Positions 7,127-17,650 of a stretch of 32,000 bases of DNA are shown here, one piece after another. Below the pieces are notes generated by a model. The model worked only from the letters and a program-made list of their open reading frames with translations. It had not been told where the DNA came from and made no database searches. This DNA comes from Candidatus Saccharimonadota bacterium. GTDB taxonomy: Bacteria > Patescibacteriota > Saccharimonadia > Saccharimonadales > UBA4665. How positions within the stretch are numbered: the stretch's first letter is position 1; every line of letters starts with the position of its first letter. The stretch is taken from assembly GCA_016699955.1 (NCBI GenBank), contig CP064993.1, positions 1,170,001 through 1,202,000 of the forward strand, read 5' to 3'. Made by a program: the position numbers and the translations under genes.

Positions 7127-9316
7127 CTATAGTTTTTGCAGTGGGGCAAAAGCGGTATTAAGTTTCTTAAGCCCCTTGCCTTTAAAGTATATGGCTGCGG
7201 TATCACCTTGTATTTCTACGACCGTTCCCGTCCCAAACAACTCATGCCGTACCGTGTCTCCCTCAAATAGCTCGGGTACGTAACGTGGCTCCTCGACACC
7301 GGCAAACGATGAGACATGCAATGAAGTAAAACCTTCCTCTGTAATATCTTCATCCCGGGTGAAGTCTGTACGGCCAAAGCTAGGCATAATCGTCGTTTCT
7401 TCTACATGATCACCTGCAATTTCGCTGAGGAATCGACTCGGTATGTTGTGCTGCAAGCCACCGTAGAGCGACCGCGATGTCGTGTACAGCATGTACAGCT
7501 CCTCGCGTGCCCGTGTCATACCAACGTAGCACAGCCGCCGCTCTTCTTCCATTTCACTTTGGTCGTACAGTGCGCGGGAGTGTGGCAAAATAGATTCTTC
7601 TAGCCCAAGCATAAAAACAACCGGAAATTCCAAACCTTTTGCGCTATGCAAAGTCATGAGCGTAACGGCGTTATCACCGAGATTTGCGGTGTCGAGGTCA
7701 GATATTAATGCCACTTCCTCCAAAAAACTACTCAGCCCTTCGTCGTGATAGCCCTGCGCCACCCCAATAAGTTCGCGGACATTTTCCTGCCGACTCTCAC
7801 CCTGGGTTGTTTTATCGTCAAGATACGCAAGATAATTCAGCCGCTTCACCAGACTCTCGACAAGAATGTCCGGCGGTAATTCCTCGAGCTGGGAGCGTAG
7901 ACTATGCAATATGTCAGCCAGCTCTATCAGCCCCTTTCGTGCCTTACCGGTCACAGTATCACATTCGCTCACGCGATCGAGCGCTTCGCTAAGTGGTAGT
8001 TTTTCGGCTGCAGCCCAACCGAGAAAGTTGCCTAAACTTACTGCCCCTACCGCTCTGCCTGGCACGTTGGCAATTCGCTCAAAGCTCGTACGATCTTCTG
8101 GCTGGTACAGCAGTCTCAGGTAGGCAATGAGGTCTTTGATTTCCTTGCGATCATAAAAGCGCACACCACCAACCACTCGGTACGGCACGCCGTATTGCAC
8201 AAAAACTTCTTCGACGCTGCGGCTCTGGGCATTGGTACGATACAGCACAGCACAATCTTTGTACTGCCTGAACCCAGTATCGACTGCTGTGCGGATGGTA
8301 CGGACAACCGTTTCTGCCTCACTGCGTTCGGTCATAACTTGTGTGAGCTGAACCTTTCGGCCGTCACCCTCGCTTGTCCATAGCTGTTTCTCGCTACGCT
8401 GAGTGTTTTTGGTTACAACACCATGCGCCGCGTTCAGAATATGTCCGGTACTGCGGTAGTTTTGCTCTAATTTAATGACGGCACAATCTTTATAATCTTT
8501 TTCGAAACGCAAAATATTGCGAAAATCTGCCCCGCGCCAACTATATATCGACTGCCAGTCGTCGCCCACCACGGCAAGATTGTGGGCGTCACTGACGAGC
8601 ATTTTAACGAGCTGATACTGGGCAGTGTTTGTGTCCTGGTACTCGTCAATCATAATGTGGCTAAAGTGTTTCTGCCATTTACTACGAACTTCTTTATGTG
8701 CCTCTAGTAGTTGCACTGTGCGCCAGATGAGGTCGTCGAAATCGAGCGCCATAGCGTCTTTCAAAGCCGCCTGATAGCGCGGATACACCTGTTTAACAAT
8801 GTGAGCGGTCGGACTTTTGGCAGTCTCTGCGTATTCGGCAGGGTCAATCATGTCATTCTTGGCGCTGCTGATATAGCTCGAAATTGTGCGAGGTGTAAAT
8901 GACTTTTCGTCAACGTGCAGCTCTTTACAAATGCGTTTTACCACACTCAACCGATCGCTTTCATCAAATATGACGTAAGAACGTGGTATGCCGATATGTT
9001 CACCGTCCATCCGAAGCAACCGGACACAAATACTGTGAAAGGTGCCCATCCACGGCATAAATCGCCTATCATCAGCCGACTGGCCAAGTAAATCCGCGAC
9101 TCGGGTACGCATTTCTTTTGCTGCTTTATTCGTAAAAGTGACGGCTAAAATGCTATACGGCGTGGCTTGACGGGTTGCAATAAGATAGGCGATCCGATGT
9201 GTAAGCGTTTTGGTCTTGCCGCTGCCTGCCCCAGCTTGAATCAGAAGCGGTCCATCCGTCGTCAAAACGGCGCGTCTCTGCTCGTCATTTAGCCCTCTGA
9301 GTAACTCTTCTTGCAC
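7127..9316 (-). CDS. pcrA: ATP-dependent DNA helicase, UvrD/PcrA family
   Basis: Walker A GAGSGKTKTLTHR, DEYQDTN box, QNYRST, VTLMTLHSAKGLEFPVVF, YVGMTRA. 729 aa. Confidence 0.95.
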   Translation of the reverse strand: MQEELLRGLNDEQRRAVLTTDGPLLIQAGAGSGKTKTLTHRIAYLIATRQATPYSILAVTFTNKAAKEMRTRVADLLGQSADDRRFMPWMGTFHSICVRLLRMDGEHIGIPRSYVIFDESDRLSVVKRICKELHVDEKSFTPRTISSYISSAKNDMIDPAEYAETAKSPTAHIVKQVYPRYQAALKDAMALDFDDLIWRTVQLLEAHKEVRSKWQKHFSHIMIDEYQDTNTAQYQLVKMLVSDAHNLAVVGDDWQSIYSWRGADFRNILRFEKDYKDCAVIKLEQNYRSTGHILNAAHGVVTKNTQRSEKQLWTSEGDGRKVQLTQVMTERSEAETVVRTIRTAVDTGFRQYKDCAVLYRTNAQSRSVEEVFVQYGVPYRVVGGVRFYDRKEIKDLIAYLRLLYQPEDRTSFERIANVPGRAVGAVSLGNFLGWAAAEKLPLSEALDRVSECDTVTGKARKGLIELADILHSLRSQLEELPPDILVESLVKRLNYLAYLDDKTTQGESRQENVRELIGVAQGYHDEGLSSFLEEVALISDLDTANLGDNAVTLMTLHSAKGLEFPVVFMLGLEESILPHSRALYDQSEMEEERRLCYVGMTRAREELYMLYTTSRSLYGGLQHNIPSRFLSEIAGDHVEETTIMPSFGRTDFTRDEDITEEGFTSLHVSSFAGVEEPRYVPELFEGDTVRHELFGTGTVVEIQGDTAAIYFKGKGLKKLNTAFAPLQKL

Positions 9317-9409
9317 CTATCTATTCTACCAGACGATGCCGTCCAATAATCTGTGAAATGTTCCCCTGTCAGAGGCTAGGCCCTGGAAAAAACTTCTAAA
9401 AAAGCCATG

Positions 9410-10336
9410 TTATTGAACCGTCGAAAATACATCATTGGCACCATAACATACATCGCCCTTAAAGGCGTTGCGTAAATCCGTAGTGTTATATTCAGAGCAC
9501 AAAATATCCTGCTGAGTGTTCCTGAAGTACACCCATGGATCATTATTCTTCTTGTAGAGTAGTGCAGTTGAGCCACCACCGCTATCAATACTACCTTGGC
9601 TGATCTGTGCTTTTTGGTAGCCACTTACTTTGCTGTCAGTAATTTTCAGATTCATAAGGACCGTCGATTGCTCTACATTGGGCATGGCACTAGCAATCGG
9701 TTGCGTTTTCGCGGCCGTTTCTTTGTATGCGTCAATACGCCCACAGCTAAGCCCAGTTGAGCTTGTTCGAGAGGCCGGTGCCTCAATGACACAAATCAAC
9801 CCCCTACCTCTATATACGTCTGTTGCGGTACCATCATCTGTTTTACCGTTGGTTCCTGTTTTTGTTAGTCCAAAGTCTTTTAATATATCTGCTACTTCTG
9901 TGCGGATTGTCGTATCTGCTTTACGTGGGAGAGTATCAGAATCCCAATTTACAGGACCAACCATTAAGAAAATACTTGAGCCACCATCATAATCCGTGTA
10001 AAAGTTGTAGCCCTCAGCTTTTTGGGGTGGCGCACTCTTCGAGAGCCTGATACTCATCTCCCCTTGTTTTGGCTGGTTGTTTTCATCAATGTCTAGAAGC
10101 TTATACTTTGATTCGTAGCTACTCTTTATTTTGGCAGTTACATCTTCTGGCTGAAGTGCTGCTGTGCTGTTGGTTCTTGTGGATTTATTTGCTTGCGAAG
10201 AATTGGTCTGGTCTGTTTGTTTAACATTACCCCCCAGTCTATTAAAGGCAATCCAGCCTATAGTACCTACGAGACTAAGCACGAGTATCACAATTAGTAT
10301 TTCTACTATGCTAAAACCATCTTCATTTTTCTTCAT
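9410..10336 (-). CDS. prepilin-type N-terminal cleavage/methylation domain protein (type IV pilin-like)
   Basis: MKKNEDG/FSIVEILIVILVLSLVGTIGWIAF: class III signal peptide with the G/F cleavage site and Glu at +5. The C-terminal domain is variable. Confidence 0.75.
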   Translation of the reverse strand: MKKNEDGFSIVEILIVILVLSLVGTIGWIAFNRLGGNVKQTDQTNSSQANKSTRTNSTAALQPEDVTAKIKSSYESKYKLLDIDENNQPKQGEMSIRLSKSAPPQKAEGYNFYTDYDGGSSIFLMVGPVNWDSDTLPRKADTTIRTEVADILKDFGLTKTGTNGKTDDGTATDVYRGRGLICVIEAPASRTSSTGLSCGRIDAYKETAAKTQPIASAMPNVEQSTVLMNLKITDSKVSGYQKAQISQGSIDSGGGSTALLYKKNNDPWVYFRNTQQDILCSEYNTTDLRNAFKGDVCYGANDVFSTVQ

Positions 10337-10510
10337 AGAGCAATCCTTTATACGATAACTTAATCATAGCCGACATAAGACAACATTGAAAGACCCTGGA
10401 TTTTTCTGCACCGTAGGAATTTTTCGGATTCTGCGAAAAAAACCTCTACGCCTCTAAGGCTTAGCCTTTTTTGGTGGAAGTTAAGAATAGTTGCGCGGTC
10501 TTAACCCCAG

Positions 10511-11209
10511 CTAACTTAAGAACGTTGTATGGGGGAGGTTAAAGTTAAGAAGCTCCATGTCTAGGAGGAGGTCGACAACTATAATAACTGTGAGAAGCGT
10601 GAGGATTATCAGGGTTGTGAGCATTCGACGACGGCGTTTTATTTGGCCTATGGGGACAAAGTAGGTGCCGGCGGTAATATGTCGTTCAATTTCCAGTTCT
10701 TGAGCGGATTTTGAGTCTTCTTGCTTTTCAGGCACTTCGGTCGAACCCGGGTAACTGGTTTCTTCGGAATCGTCTGATTTCACCTGGGATTCGTCCTCAT
10801 CAGATGTTGGTTTCATTTCGTGCAGCGGTGCAATGTGCAGTTTTTCTCGTTTTTGAGTCGGTTCTTCTTGAGGCACTTCTGGATCTTGCTCAGCTTCTAC
10901 GGACTGAGTCGGTTTTTCGGTTTCTTTTGATTCGGCGACTTCTGCGCCTTGCCCTTCCGACGGTTCAGCCGCCGCGGCTGTGACTTCGCTATTTGTGGTA
11001 TCAACTGGTATAAGGTTGCCTGCAGCCCGAGTTATTTTAGGCACACCACTTGGCGTGGCTGCCGCCTCACCAGACGGTTTTTCTACGCTTGCGCTTACCC
11101 CTTCTCCCGCGTTAAGCATGGGGTCGGTCGTGAGTACAGAACGATTTGTGACAATAACCGGACGACCGGAAGTTGTTGGCGGTGTGTCGCTAGGATGTAC
11201 ACCGTCCAT
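10511..11209 (-). CDS. acidic, low-complexity protein with C-terminal TM anchor
   Basis: Track ORF 10511..11272. I prefer the internal Met (MDGVHPSD, 11209) because the longer form overlaps the 3' end of tpiA. Long Glu/Pro/Ser/Thr-rich region, then KRRRRMLTTLIILTLLTVIIVVDLLL. Confidence 0.6.
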   Translation of the reverse strand: MDGVHPSDTPPTTSGRPVIVTNRSVLTTDPMLNAGEGVSASVEKPSGEAAATPSGVPKITRAAGNLIPVDTTNSEVTAAAAEPSEGQGAEVAESKETEKPTQSVEAEQDPEVPQEEPTQKREKLHIAPLHEMKPTSDEDESQVKSDDSEETSYPGSTEVPEKQEDSKSAQELEIERHITAGTYFVPIGQIKRRRRMLTTLIILTLLTVIIVVDLLLDMELLNFNLPHTTFLS

Positions 11210-11240
11210 GATTTTGGCTGTTTTTTTTGGGATTGCCACG

Positions 11241-12023
11241 TTACTTCCTCTCGGTTTGAACCTGGTACGCAATTTTTACAATCTCAGAAAATTGGTGGTA
11301 ATTGAGACTCGCTGCACCTACTAAAACGCCGTCAACTTCCGGCAGCTCAAGATAGCTACGGACATCATGCTCGTTGACACTACCGCCATAAAGGATGTGC
11401 ATATTGTTGGCCGCTCGTTCGCCGTATAGTTCGCTGACTTGTAGGCGCATGTAACGAATCATGTCTTGAGCGTCACGAGGCTTGGCAATAATACCTTCGC
11501 CCGTACTGATGGCCCAAACGGGTTCGTAGGTAAGTACAATGGACTCTACTTCTTTGCTCGTAATATTCATCAGCGCCGTTGTGAGTTGGTCATGAATGAC
11601 TCTTTTGGCTTCACCTGCATCACGATCTTGCTTAGTTTCTCCTATGCAAATAATGGGGGATATGTCGTTGCGCATGGCCGCTTGAACTTTGTCCCGTACA
11701 ACATCGAGCGTATCGCCAGCATTTAACCGCCGCCACGAGTGGCCGACAATGGCGTAATGCACGAGGTCTCCCAGCATGGCAAAACTGACTTCACCTGTAC
11801 ATGGCCCCTCGTCTTTATAAAACGCGTCTTGGGCAGCCAAACGAAAACGACGACGATCTATCTCGACGCTTAGCGGTTGGAGCGCGAGCATGCTCGGCGC
11901 TAACACGACCTCAACGTCACGGTGCGACGCAATTCGTTCACTCAGTCTATGTACAAGTAAGCTCGACTGATGCACGCTGAGGTGCATTTTCCAATTACCG
12001 ACAATGAGGAGTTTTTTATCCAT
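11241..12023 (-). CDS. tpiA: triosephosphate isomerase
   Basis: LIVGNWKMH, IVGHSWRR (cf. GHSERR), YEPVWAISTG, LYGGSV motifs. Confidence 0.95.
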   Translation of the reverse strand: MDKKLLIVGNWKMHLSVHQSSLLVHRLSERIASHRDVEVVLAPSMLALQPLSVEIDRRRFRLAAQDAFYKDEGPCTGEVSFAMLGDLVHYAIVGHSWRRLNAGDTLDVVRDKVQAAMRNDISPIICIGETKQDRDAGEAKRVIHDQLTTALMNITSKEVESIVLTYEPVWAISTGEGIIAKPRDAQDMIRYMRLQVSELYGERAANNMHILYGGSVNEHDVRSYLELPEVDGVLVGAASLNYHQFSEIVKIAYQVQTERK

Positions 12024-12144
12024 AATGCTTATGCCTTAGTATAGATTTTCATTTCACAATTTACAATTTTTATAAAAGTATCAATGGATTTCCACTGCAT
12101 GGAGCGTAGAACTTTATAATTGTCTGGGCAACGAGCCAGGCTTT

Positions 12145-13434
12145 TCATTTGTTCTCCAGTGCTTCGACACCTGGCAATTTACGACCGCTCATCAATTCTA
12201 GGCTGGCTCCGCCACCAGTGGAAACATGGTTAAAGCTTGCCGTTAGACCCCGGCTTTGCACAAAACCAACCGTATCCCCACCACCAACAATACTAAAAGG
12301 CTTGTTACCAAATTGCCCGAGCATCGCTTCTGTCAGAAGCTCGGTACCGTGCGCCGTTGGGCCAACTGGACCCTGCAACCCCTTTGTTTCTGTCACGCCC
12401 ATAGTGCCATTCCAAACCACGGTTTCGGCGAGCTGCAGCAGTCCGGCAATAAAAGCGCCGCTAAACGGGCCAATGTCCAGTAACATTTCATCCTCGGCTA
12501 TCTGGCTGGCTTCGTGAACGGGTCGTTTTGGATAGGCCTCTATGTCGGCAATGACGTGCGCACTCCAGTCGACAATACGCGTCGGAGCAGCAGAGTCAAG
12601 TTTTTTGGCGACCACACCGTCTTGAGGTAAGTAAAACACAAAATCACGCTGTTTTTTTACCTCGGTAACTGTGTGCATGATTTCTTTGGCGAGAGGGAGA
12701 TCATCTGGGTCGATTTTGCTTTTGCCAACCTTGAGGCCAGTGGCATGAAGAAACGTATTTGCCATAGCCCCACCAACAGCTACGGCGTCTGCAATACCAA
12801 GAAATCGCTGCAATATTTCAATTTTATCGGCAATCTTCGCCCCGCCTATCACTGCTACAAGCGGACGTTTCGGGTTCTCCATGGCTCCAGATATGGTATC
12901 GACTTCTCTTTCGAGTAGTAAACCGGCCGCGCTCGGTAAATAATGTGTTACACCTTCGGTACTAGCATGCGCCCGATGCACCACGCCAAAGCCGTCCTGT
13001 ACGAATATATCGGCCAGGCTAGCGAGCTGCTGGGCAAAGGTAGCATCGTTAGCTTCTTCTTCGGCATGAAAACGGAGATTTTCGAGCAGTAGCACTTGAC
13101 CTGGCTGAAGATTGTTCACCGCCTTTTCGGCTCGTTCGCCCGTGCAATCCGGAACAAACTCTACCCCTGTTTCTAGGAACTTCCCAAGTGATTTTGCCAC
13201 TGGAAAAAGGCTGTACTTTGGGTCTGGCTTACCGTCTGGTCGGCCGAGGTGAGAACAAAGTATGAGCGCGGCGCCATGCTCCAGAAGGTATTTGAGCGTT
13301 GGCACGCTTTGCTGGATACGATAGTCGTCCGTTATTTCACCCTTGTCGTTCAGCGGCACGTTGTAATCTGCCCGCACAAGGACTTTTTTGCCTGAAACAT
13401 CAATATCCCGAATTGTTTTTTTATTGAAGCTCAT
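12145..13434 (-). CDS. pgk: phosphoglycerate kinase
   Basis: VLVRADYNVPL, CSHLGRPDGK, GGAKIADKI, STGGGASLE motifs. 429 aa. Confidence 0.97.
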   Translation of the reverse strand: MSFNKKTIRDIDVSGKKVLVRADYNVPLNDKGEITDDYRIQQSVPTLKYLLEHGAALILCSHLGRPDGKPDPKYSLFPVAKSLGKFLETGVEFVPDCTGERAEKAVNNLQPGQVLLLENLRFHAEEEANDATFAQQLASLADIFVQDGFGVVHRAHASTEGVTHYLPSAAGLLLEREVDTISGAMENPKRPLVAVIGGAKIADKIEILQRFLGIADAVAVGGAMANTFLHATGLKVGKSKIDPDDLPLAKEIMHTVTEVKKQRDFVFYLPQDGVVAKKLDSAAPTRIVDWSAHVIADIEAYPKRPVHEASQIAEDEMLLDIGPFSGAFIAGLLQLAETVVWNGTMGVTETKGLQGPVGPTAHGTELLTEAMLGQFGNKPFSIVGGGDTVGFVQSRGLTASFNHVSTGGGASLELMSGRKLPGVEALENK

Positions 13435-13538
13435 CTGCCCACCGAAATTAGGTTAGAGGTTATAGGTGAAAGAACTACAAACCTTATGCTTATTACTATA
13501 GCGTATACCAACAGAATATTCTATCTTTACCTAACCTT

Positions 13539-14987
13539 TTAGTCGAGCTGGCGGATTTTGATAGTATCAGTTGTACCAACGACTCCAGGCTGCTTACCAC
13601 TCACCATGACAATGATATCGCCTTTGCTAAATACATGCTCGCGCTGCATGAAATCAGTGATTTTTTGGGCTGCACGAGCGCTGACTGGTCGCACGTAGCT
13701 TTTTACGTCGTAGACGATAGCAAGTTGTTGGGCGGTGCGATGGCTGTCTGTTACGGCAATTATCGGTACGTCTGGACGTTCAGAGGCAATGTTTAGCACA
13801 GTCGCACCGGTTTTGGTTTCGGCCACAATGGCGTTGGCGTGGATGCTTTCTGCCATTTTTATGACGCCACGGCTAATTGCCAGCTGGCGCGATGGATGTT
13901 TTTCTGCCTGACTCCGAAATGTTACTCTCACCACACCGTGTTGCTGGGAATAATTGATAATTCTCTTCATAATCTTTACAGCTTCGTGCGGATATTTGCC
14001 CATGGCTGTTTCATCACTGAGCATGACGCAGTCAGCACCGAGGTATACAGCCGTGGCAACATCAGAAACTTCAGCACGACTTGGTTCTGGGGACTCGGTC
14101 ATACTGCCGAGCATTTGTGTCGCGACAATGGTCGGTTTGCCGTACTGCAGCCCAAAACTGATAATTTGACGCTGTGCGACTGGTACAACTTCAGGATTTA
14201 CCTCAACTGCCATGTCACCACGAGCAACCATTGCCGCATCGGTCACCTGCATAATTTCTTCAATGTTGTCGATGGCAAGTTTGGTTTCAAGTTTAGCGAT
14301 AATTTTAACGTCATACCCAAGGTTTTTTAGTATGCCCCGCATTGACTCGATATCCGCAGCAGACTGGATAAAGCTCATTGCGACATAGTCAATATCCTGT
14401 GTGCTGCCGTAAGCGAGGTCTGCCCTATCTTTTTCGGTTATGACGTCACCGCCAAAATCTGTATCTGGAAGGTTGATACCTTTGCGCTTAATCAAAATGC
14501 CGTCGTTTTCTGCTTCACAATAAACTATTCCTTCGCGGACTGTCGTAATTTTGGTACGAATTTTGCCGTCAAAAATATACAACCTTTCCCCGCGTTTTAC
14601 CTTGGAGCTTAAGTCGTACTGCGTTGGGATTATGCCTGTTTCGAGCCAGTTAGCATCGTAGCCTAGTTTGAGTGTCTGACCTTTTTGTACTGTGATGATG
14701 TCGTCAAATTCACCGAGACGAATTTTGGGGCCCTGTAAATCTTGAATGATAGCAACAGGCTTTTTCAGCTCACGGCTGGCTTTGCGTATCCACGCTATGT
14801 GCTGTGTCTTTTGAGGGTGATCGCCGTGGCTAAAATTGAGGCGCAAACCGTTGGCACCGTCTTCTATGAGGCGCTTGATAGCGGCATAACTATCGGTGGC
14901 AGGGCCTACTGTGGCAATGATTTTGGTACGTTTATAACGTTTAAGGGGCACAAAATGCTCGTGAGTTTGCGGAATCATACTTCTCAT
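13539..14987 (-). CDS. pyk: pyruvate kinase
   Basis: TKIIATVGPA, LRLNFSHG, IIAKLET, MVARGDMAVE, ATQMLGSM motifs. 482 aa. Confidence 0.95.
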   Translation of the reverse strand: MRSMIPQTHEHFVPLKRYKRTKIIATVGPATDSYAAIKRLIEDGANGLRLNFSHGDHPQKTQHIAWIRKASRELKKPVAIIQDLQGPKIRLGEFDDIITVQKGQTLKLGYDANWLETGIIPTQYDLSSKVKRGERLYIFDGKIRTKITTVREGIVYCEAENDGILIKRKGINLPDTDFGGDVITEKDRADLAYGSTQDIDYVAMSFIQSAADIESMRGILKNLGYDVKIIAKLETKLAIDNIEEIMQVTDAAMVARGDMAVEVNPEVVPVAQRQIISFGLQYGKPTIVATQMLGSMTESPEPSRAEVSDVATAVYLGADCVMLSDETAMGKYPHEAVKIMKRIINYSQQHGVVRVTFRSQAEKHPSRQLAISRGVIKMAESIHANAIVAETKTGATVLNIASERPDVPIIAVTDSHRTAQQLAIVYDVKSYVRPVSARAAQKITDFMQREHVFSKGDIIVMVSGKQPGVVGTTDTIKIRQLD

Positions 14988-15152
14988 AGTTTACACCATT
15001 CGCTGTCTGTGACAAATGTCACTGGGAAGTGTTTAGTAATCAGACGACTGCGACACCTAGATTAACACGAACTTGGAGTAAGCGCCGTGCGGGCTCGCGC
15101 GCCTAAAGCCTGGAGACGCTAACAGTGGTACATACAGCGAGCTGGAGCTGCT

Positions 15153-17525
15153 CTAGCGGCCGAGGCTTTCTTCGGTTTTCTTAAGGTCTATAGTAGTTTT
15201 GACGATAGTATCGGGCGCAAGAGAGATGCTGTCTATACCAAGTTCGACGAGAAAACGGGCAAACTCTGGGTAGTCCGAGGGAGCCTGGCCACAAATGCCA
15301 ATTTTGACGCCTTTTGCTTTGGCAACACGTACTACTTCGCGGATCATGACTTTTACCGCTTCGTTGTTCTCGTCGTAGTCATGCGCCACGGTGTGGTTGT
15401 CGCGGTCAACACCGAGTGTGAGCTGCGTTAGGTCGTTGCTGCCTATTGAGAACCCATCGAATCGCTCTGCAAACTGCTCGGCCAGGATGACGTTACTTGG
15501 AATCTCACACATTACATACACCTGGAAGCCGTTTTCGCCGCGCCTTAGGCCGTTTTCTGCCATAATGGCGATTACTTTATCGGCTTCGTCGAGGTTACGG
15601 CAAAATGGAACCATTGCCTTAATGTTGGTAAGTCCGAACTCATCACGGACTTTTTTGAGTGCCTTACATTCTAGTACAAATGCTTCTTTATATTCTGGAC
15701 TGTAGTAACGACTAGCGCCCCGCCAGCCGATCATGGGGTTTTCTTCTTTCGGTTCAAATTGCACACCACCGATTAGACCAGCGTACTCGTTGGTTTTAAA
15801 GTCACTGAAACGAATAATGACATCATTTGGGTGAAACGCTGCGCCAATTATGGCAATACCCTCAGCCAACTTATCGACAAAGTATTGCGCTTTGTCGTCG
15901 TAGCCCTTGGTAAGCTCCTTGATTTGTGCTCGGACAGCCTTATCTTTCACTTCCGGAAAGCGTAGTAGCGCGAGTGGATGTATTTTTATATGGCTATCGA
16001 TAATGAACTCTTCACGTGCCAGCCCCACGCCGTCATTTGGAAGAAGCGAGTAGCTAAATGCGTGGTCCGGGGAGCCAATGTTCATCATAATTTTCGTTTT
16101 TGGCCGTTCAAGATTAGCAATGTCTGTTCTTTGAACCTCAAACTCAAGTATGCCGTCGTAAACCGTGCCTTCGTCACCACCGCTACCACAACTGACTGTC
16201 AAATCTTGATCGTCGTGAATTAATTGTGATGCATTGCCAGTACCCACAACACAGGGTATGCCCAGCTCGCGGGAAACAATCGCTGCATGACAGGTGCGTC
16301 CACCTTTGTCGGTTACAATTGCGCTCGCAATTTGCATAATAGGCACCCAGTCGGGGTCAGTCATTTCGGTCACAAGCACGTCACCTTCTTTGAAATCGTC
16401 GATGTCTTTGACGCTCATAATCTTGCTGGCCTTACCGCTACCAATTTTGCTACCGACGCTTGTGCCCTTAACGACCACGCGGCCTTCCTGCTTGAGCTTG
16501 TACTCTTCGACGACGTTGACATCGCGGCGCGACTGCACCGTTTCGGCACGGGCTTGGACAATGTACAGTTGCTTGTCGTCATCGTCTAGGGCCCACTCAA
16601 TATCCATCGGGTGACCGTAGTGTTGCTCGATAAGCATGCCCCAATGAGCCAGTGTTTTTACTTGTTCATCTGTAATACTAAAACGCTCTTGGTCATGTAC
16701 CGAAACATCGTTGTTTTTTGTACGGCTATTGCCAATAGGAATCATCTTCATTTTTTTGGTGCCAAGATGACGCTTCAAAATCGCCATAGTTGGCTTGAAG
16801 ACTATAAACTCATCTGGGCTGACATGGCCCTGAACAATGTTTTCGCCAAGACCGTAAATGCTACTCACCACGACAGCGTTTTTGAAGCCGCTTTCAGTAT
16901 CTATGGTAAACATGACACCGGCACATTCGCTGCGAACGGCAACCATTTGCTGTATGCCGACAGAGAGCGCCACTTTCATGTGGTCAAACCCGTTTGTCAC
17001 GCGGTAGACAATGGCTCGGTCGGTGAAAAGGCTGGCAATACACTCTTTGACCGAACGGAGCACGTCCTGCTCACCAGATATGTTCAAAAATGTGGCCTGC
17101 TGCCCGGCAAATGATGCGTTTGGTAAGTCCTCTGCTGTGGCAGATGAGCGGATGGCAACCACCAGATCACCTTTGGGACGGCCGCATTTTTCGCTCAGCT
17201 CTTTGTAGCCGAGCAGTATTTCGTCTTGGAAGTCTTGCGGCATTTCTGCGGCAACAATCATGTCACGGATGATTTGTCCACGCTTGGCAAGCTCAGGAAC
17301 ATTTGTGACATCCAGCCCCTCGAGCGTTTTGGTAATCCCCTCACTTAAGCCAGCATCTTTCAAAAAGTAGCGGTAGGCATCGGCCGTTGTAGCGACACCA
17401 TTTGGCAAATTAACCCCTTGCGGCCGTAGGTGATGGTACATTTCGCCTAAACTAGCGTTTTTGCCCCCCACCTGTGGAATATCGTTTATGCTCAGCTCTT
17501 CGAAGAACTTGAGGTATTTATACAT
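15153..17525 (-). CDS. ppsA: phosphoenolpyruvate synthase (pyruvate, water dikinase)
   Basis: N-terminal VGGKNASLGEM, phospho-His motif GGRTCHAAIVSRELGIPCVVG, C-terminal PEP-utilizer FSIGSNDLTQLTLG. 790 aa. Ends with TAG. Confidence 0.95.
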   Translation of the reverse strand: MYKYLKFFEELSINDIPQVGGKNASLGEMYHHLRPQGVNLPNGVATTADAYRYFLKDAGLSEGITKTLEGLDVTNVPELAKRGQIIRDMIVAAEMPQDFQDEILLGYKELSEKCGRPKGDLVVAIRSSATAEDLPNASFAGQQATFLNISGEQDVLRSVKECIASLFTDRAIVYRVTNGFDHMKVALSVGIQQMVAVRSECAGVMFTIDTESGFKNAVVVSSIYGLGENIVQGHVSPDEFIVFKPTMAILKRHLGTKKMKMIPIGNSRTKNNDVSVHDQERFSITDEQVKTLAHWGMLIEQHYGHPMDIEWALDDDDKQLYIVQARAETVQSRRDVNVVEEYKLKQEGRVVVKGTSVGSKIGSGKASKIMSVKDIDDFKEGDVLVTEMTDPDWVPIMQIASAIVTDKGGRTCHAAIVSRELGIPCVVGTGNASQLIHDDQDLTVSCGSGGDEGTVYDGILEFEVQRTDIANLERPKTKIMMNIGSPDHAFSYSLLPNDGVGLAREEFIIDSHIKIHPLALLRFPEVKDKAVRAQIKELTKGYDDKAQYFVDKLAEGIAIIGAAFHPNDVIIRFSDFKTNEYAGLIGGVQFEPKEENPMIGWRGASRYYSPEYKEAFVLECKALKKVRDEFGLTNIKAMVPFCRNLDEADKVIAIMAENGLRRGENGFQVYVMCEIPSNVILAEQFAERFDGFSIGSNDLTQLTLGVDRDNHTVAHDYDENNEAVKVMIREVVRVAKAKGVKIGICGQAPSDYPEFARFLVELGIDSISLAPDTIVKTTIDLKKTEESLGR

Positions 17526-17615
17526 ATTGCTCGCCCACCTTTCAGATAGTAAGATTTTTTACTTTTTTATTCTTATGCTTTTATCATACCTCCAGGCCGA
17601 GTTATTTCAAAATAT

Positions 17616-17644
17616 TTGACATATCTAACAATTGTTGTTATAGT
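17616..17644 (+). promoter_or_regulatory. sigma70-type promoter giving a leaderless mRNA
   Basis: TTGACA (17616-21), 17-nt spacer, TATAGT (17639-44). The ATG of CDS 17651 begins 7 nt after the -10 hexamer and no SD is present. Confidence 0.6.
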
Positions 17645-17650
17645 GTACGC

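Noticed and set aside
7406-9000. Numerous 60-90-aa ORFs antisense to pcrA; the same occurs inside the G5 gene, pgk, pyk, ppsA, the dehydrogenase fusion, GH18 and the recombinase
   Set aside because: All are embedded in the opposite strand of long, motif-rich genes. These are typical shadow ORFs.
10337-10510. Small hairpins and the TAGAGG-CG-TAGAGG direct repeat between the pilin gene and the acidic anchor protein
   Set aside because: The stems are short (4-5 bp) with tiny loops, and the orientation relative to U-runs does not fit the minus-strand genes. Not enough to call a terminator or regulatory site.
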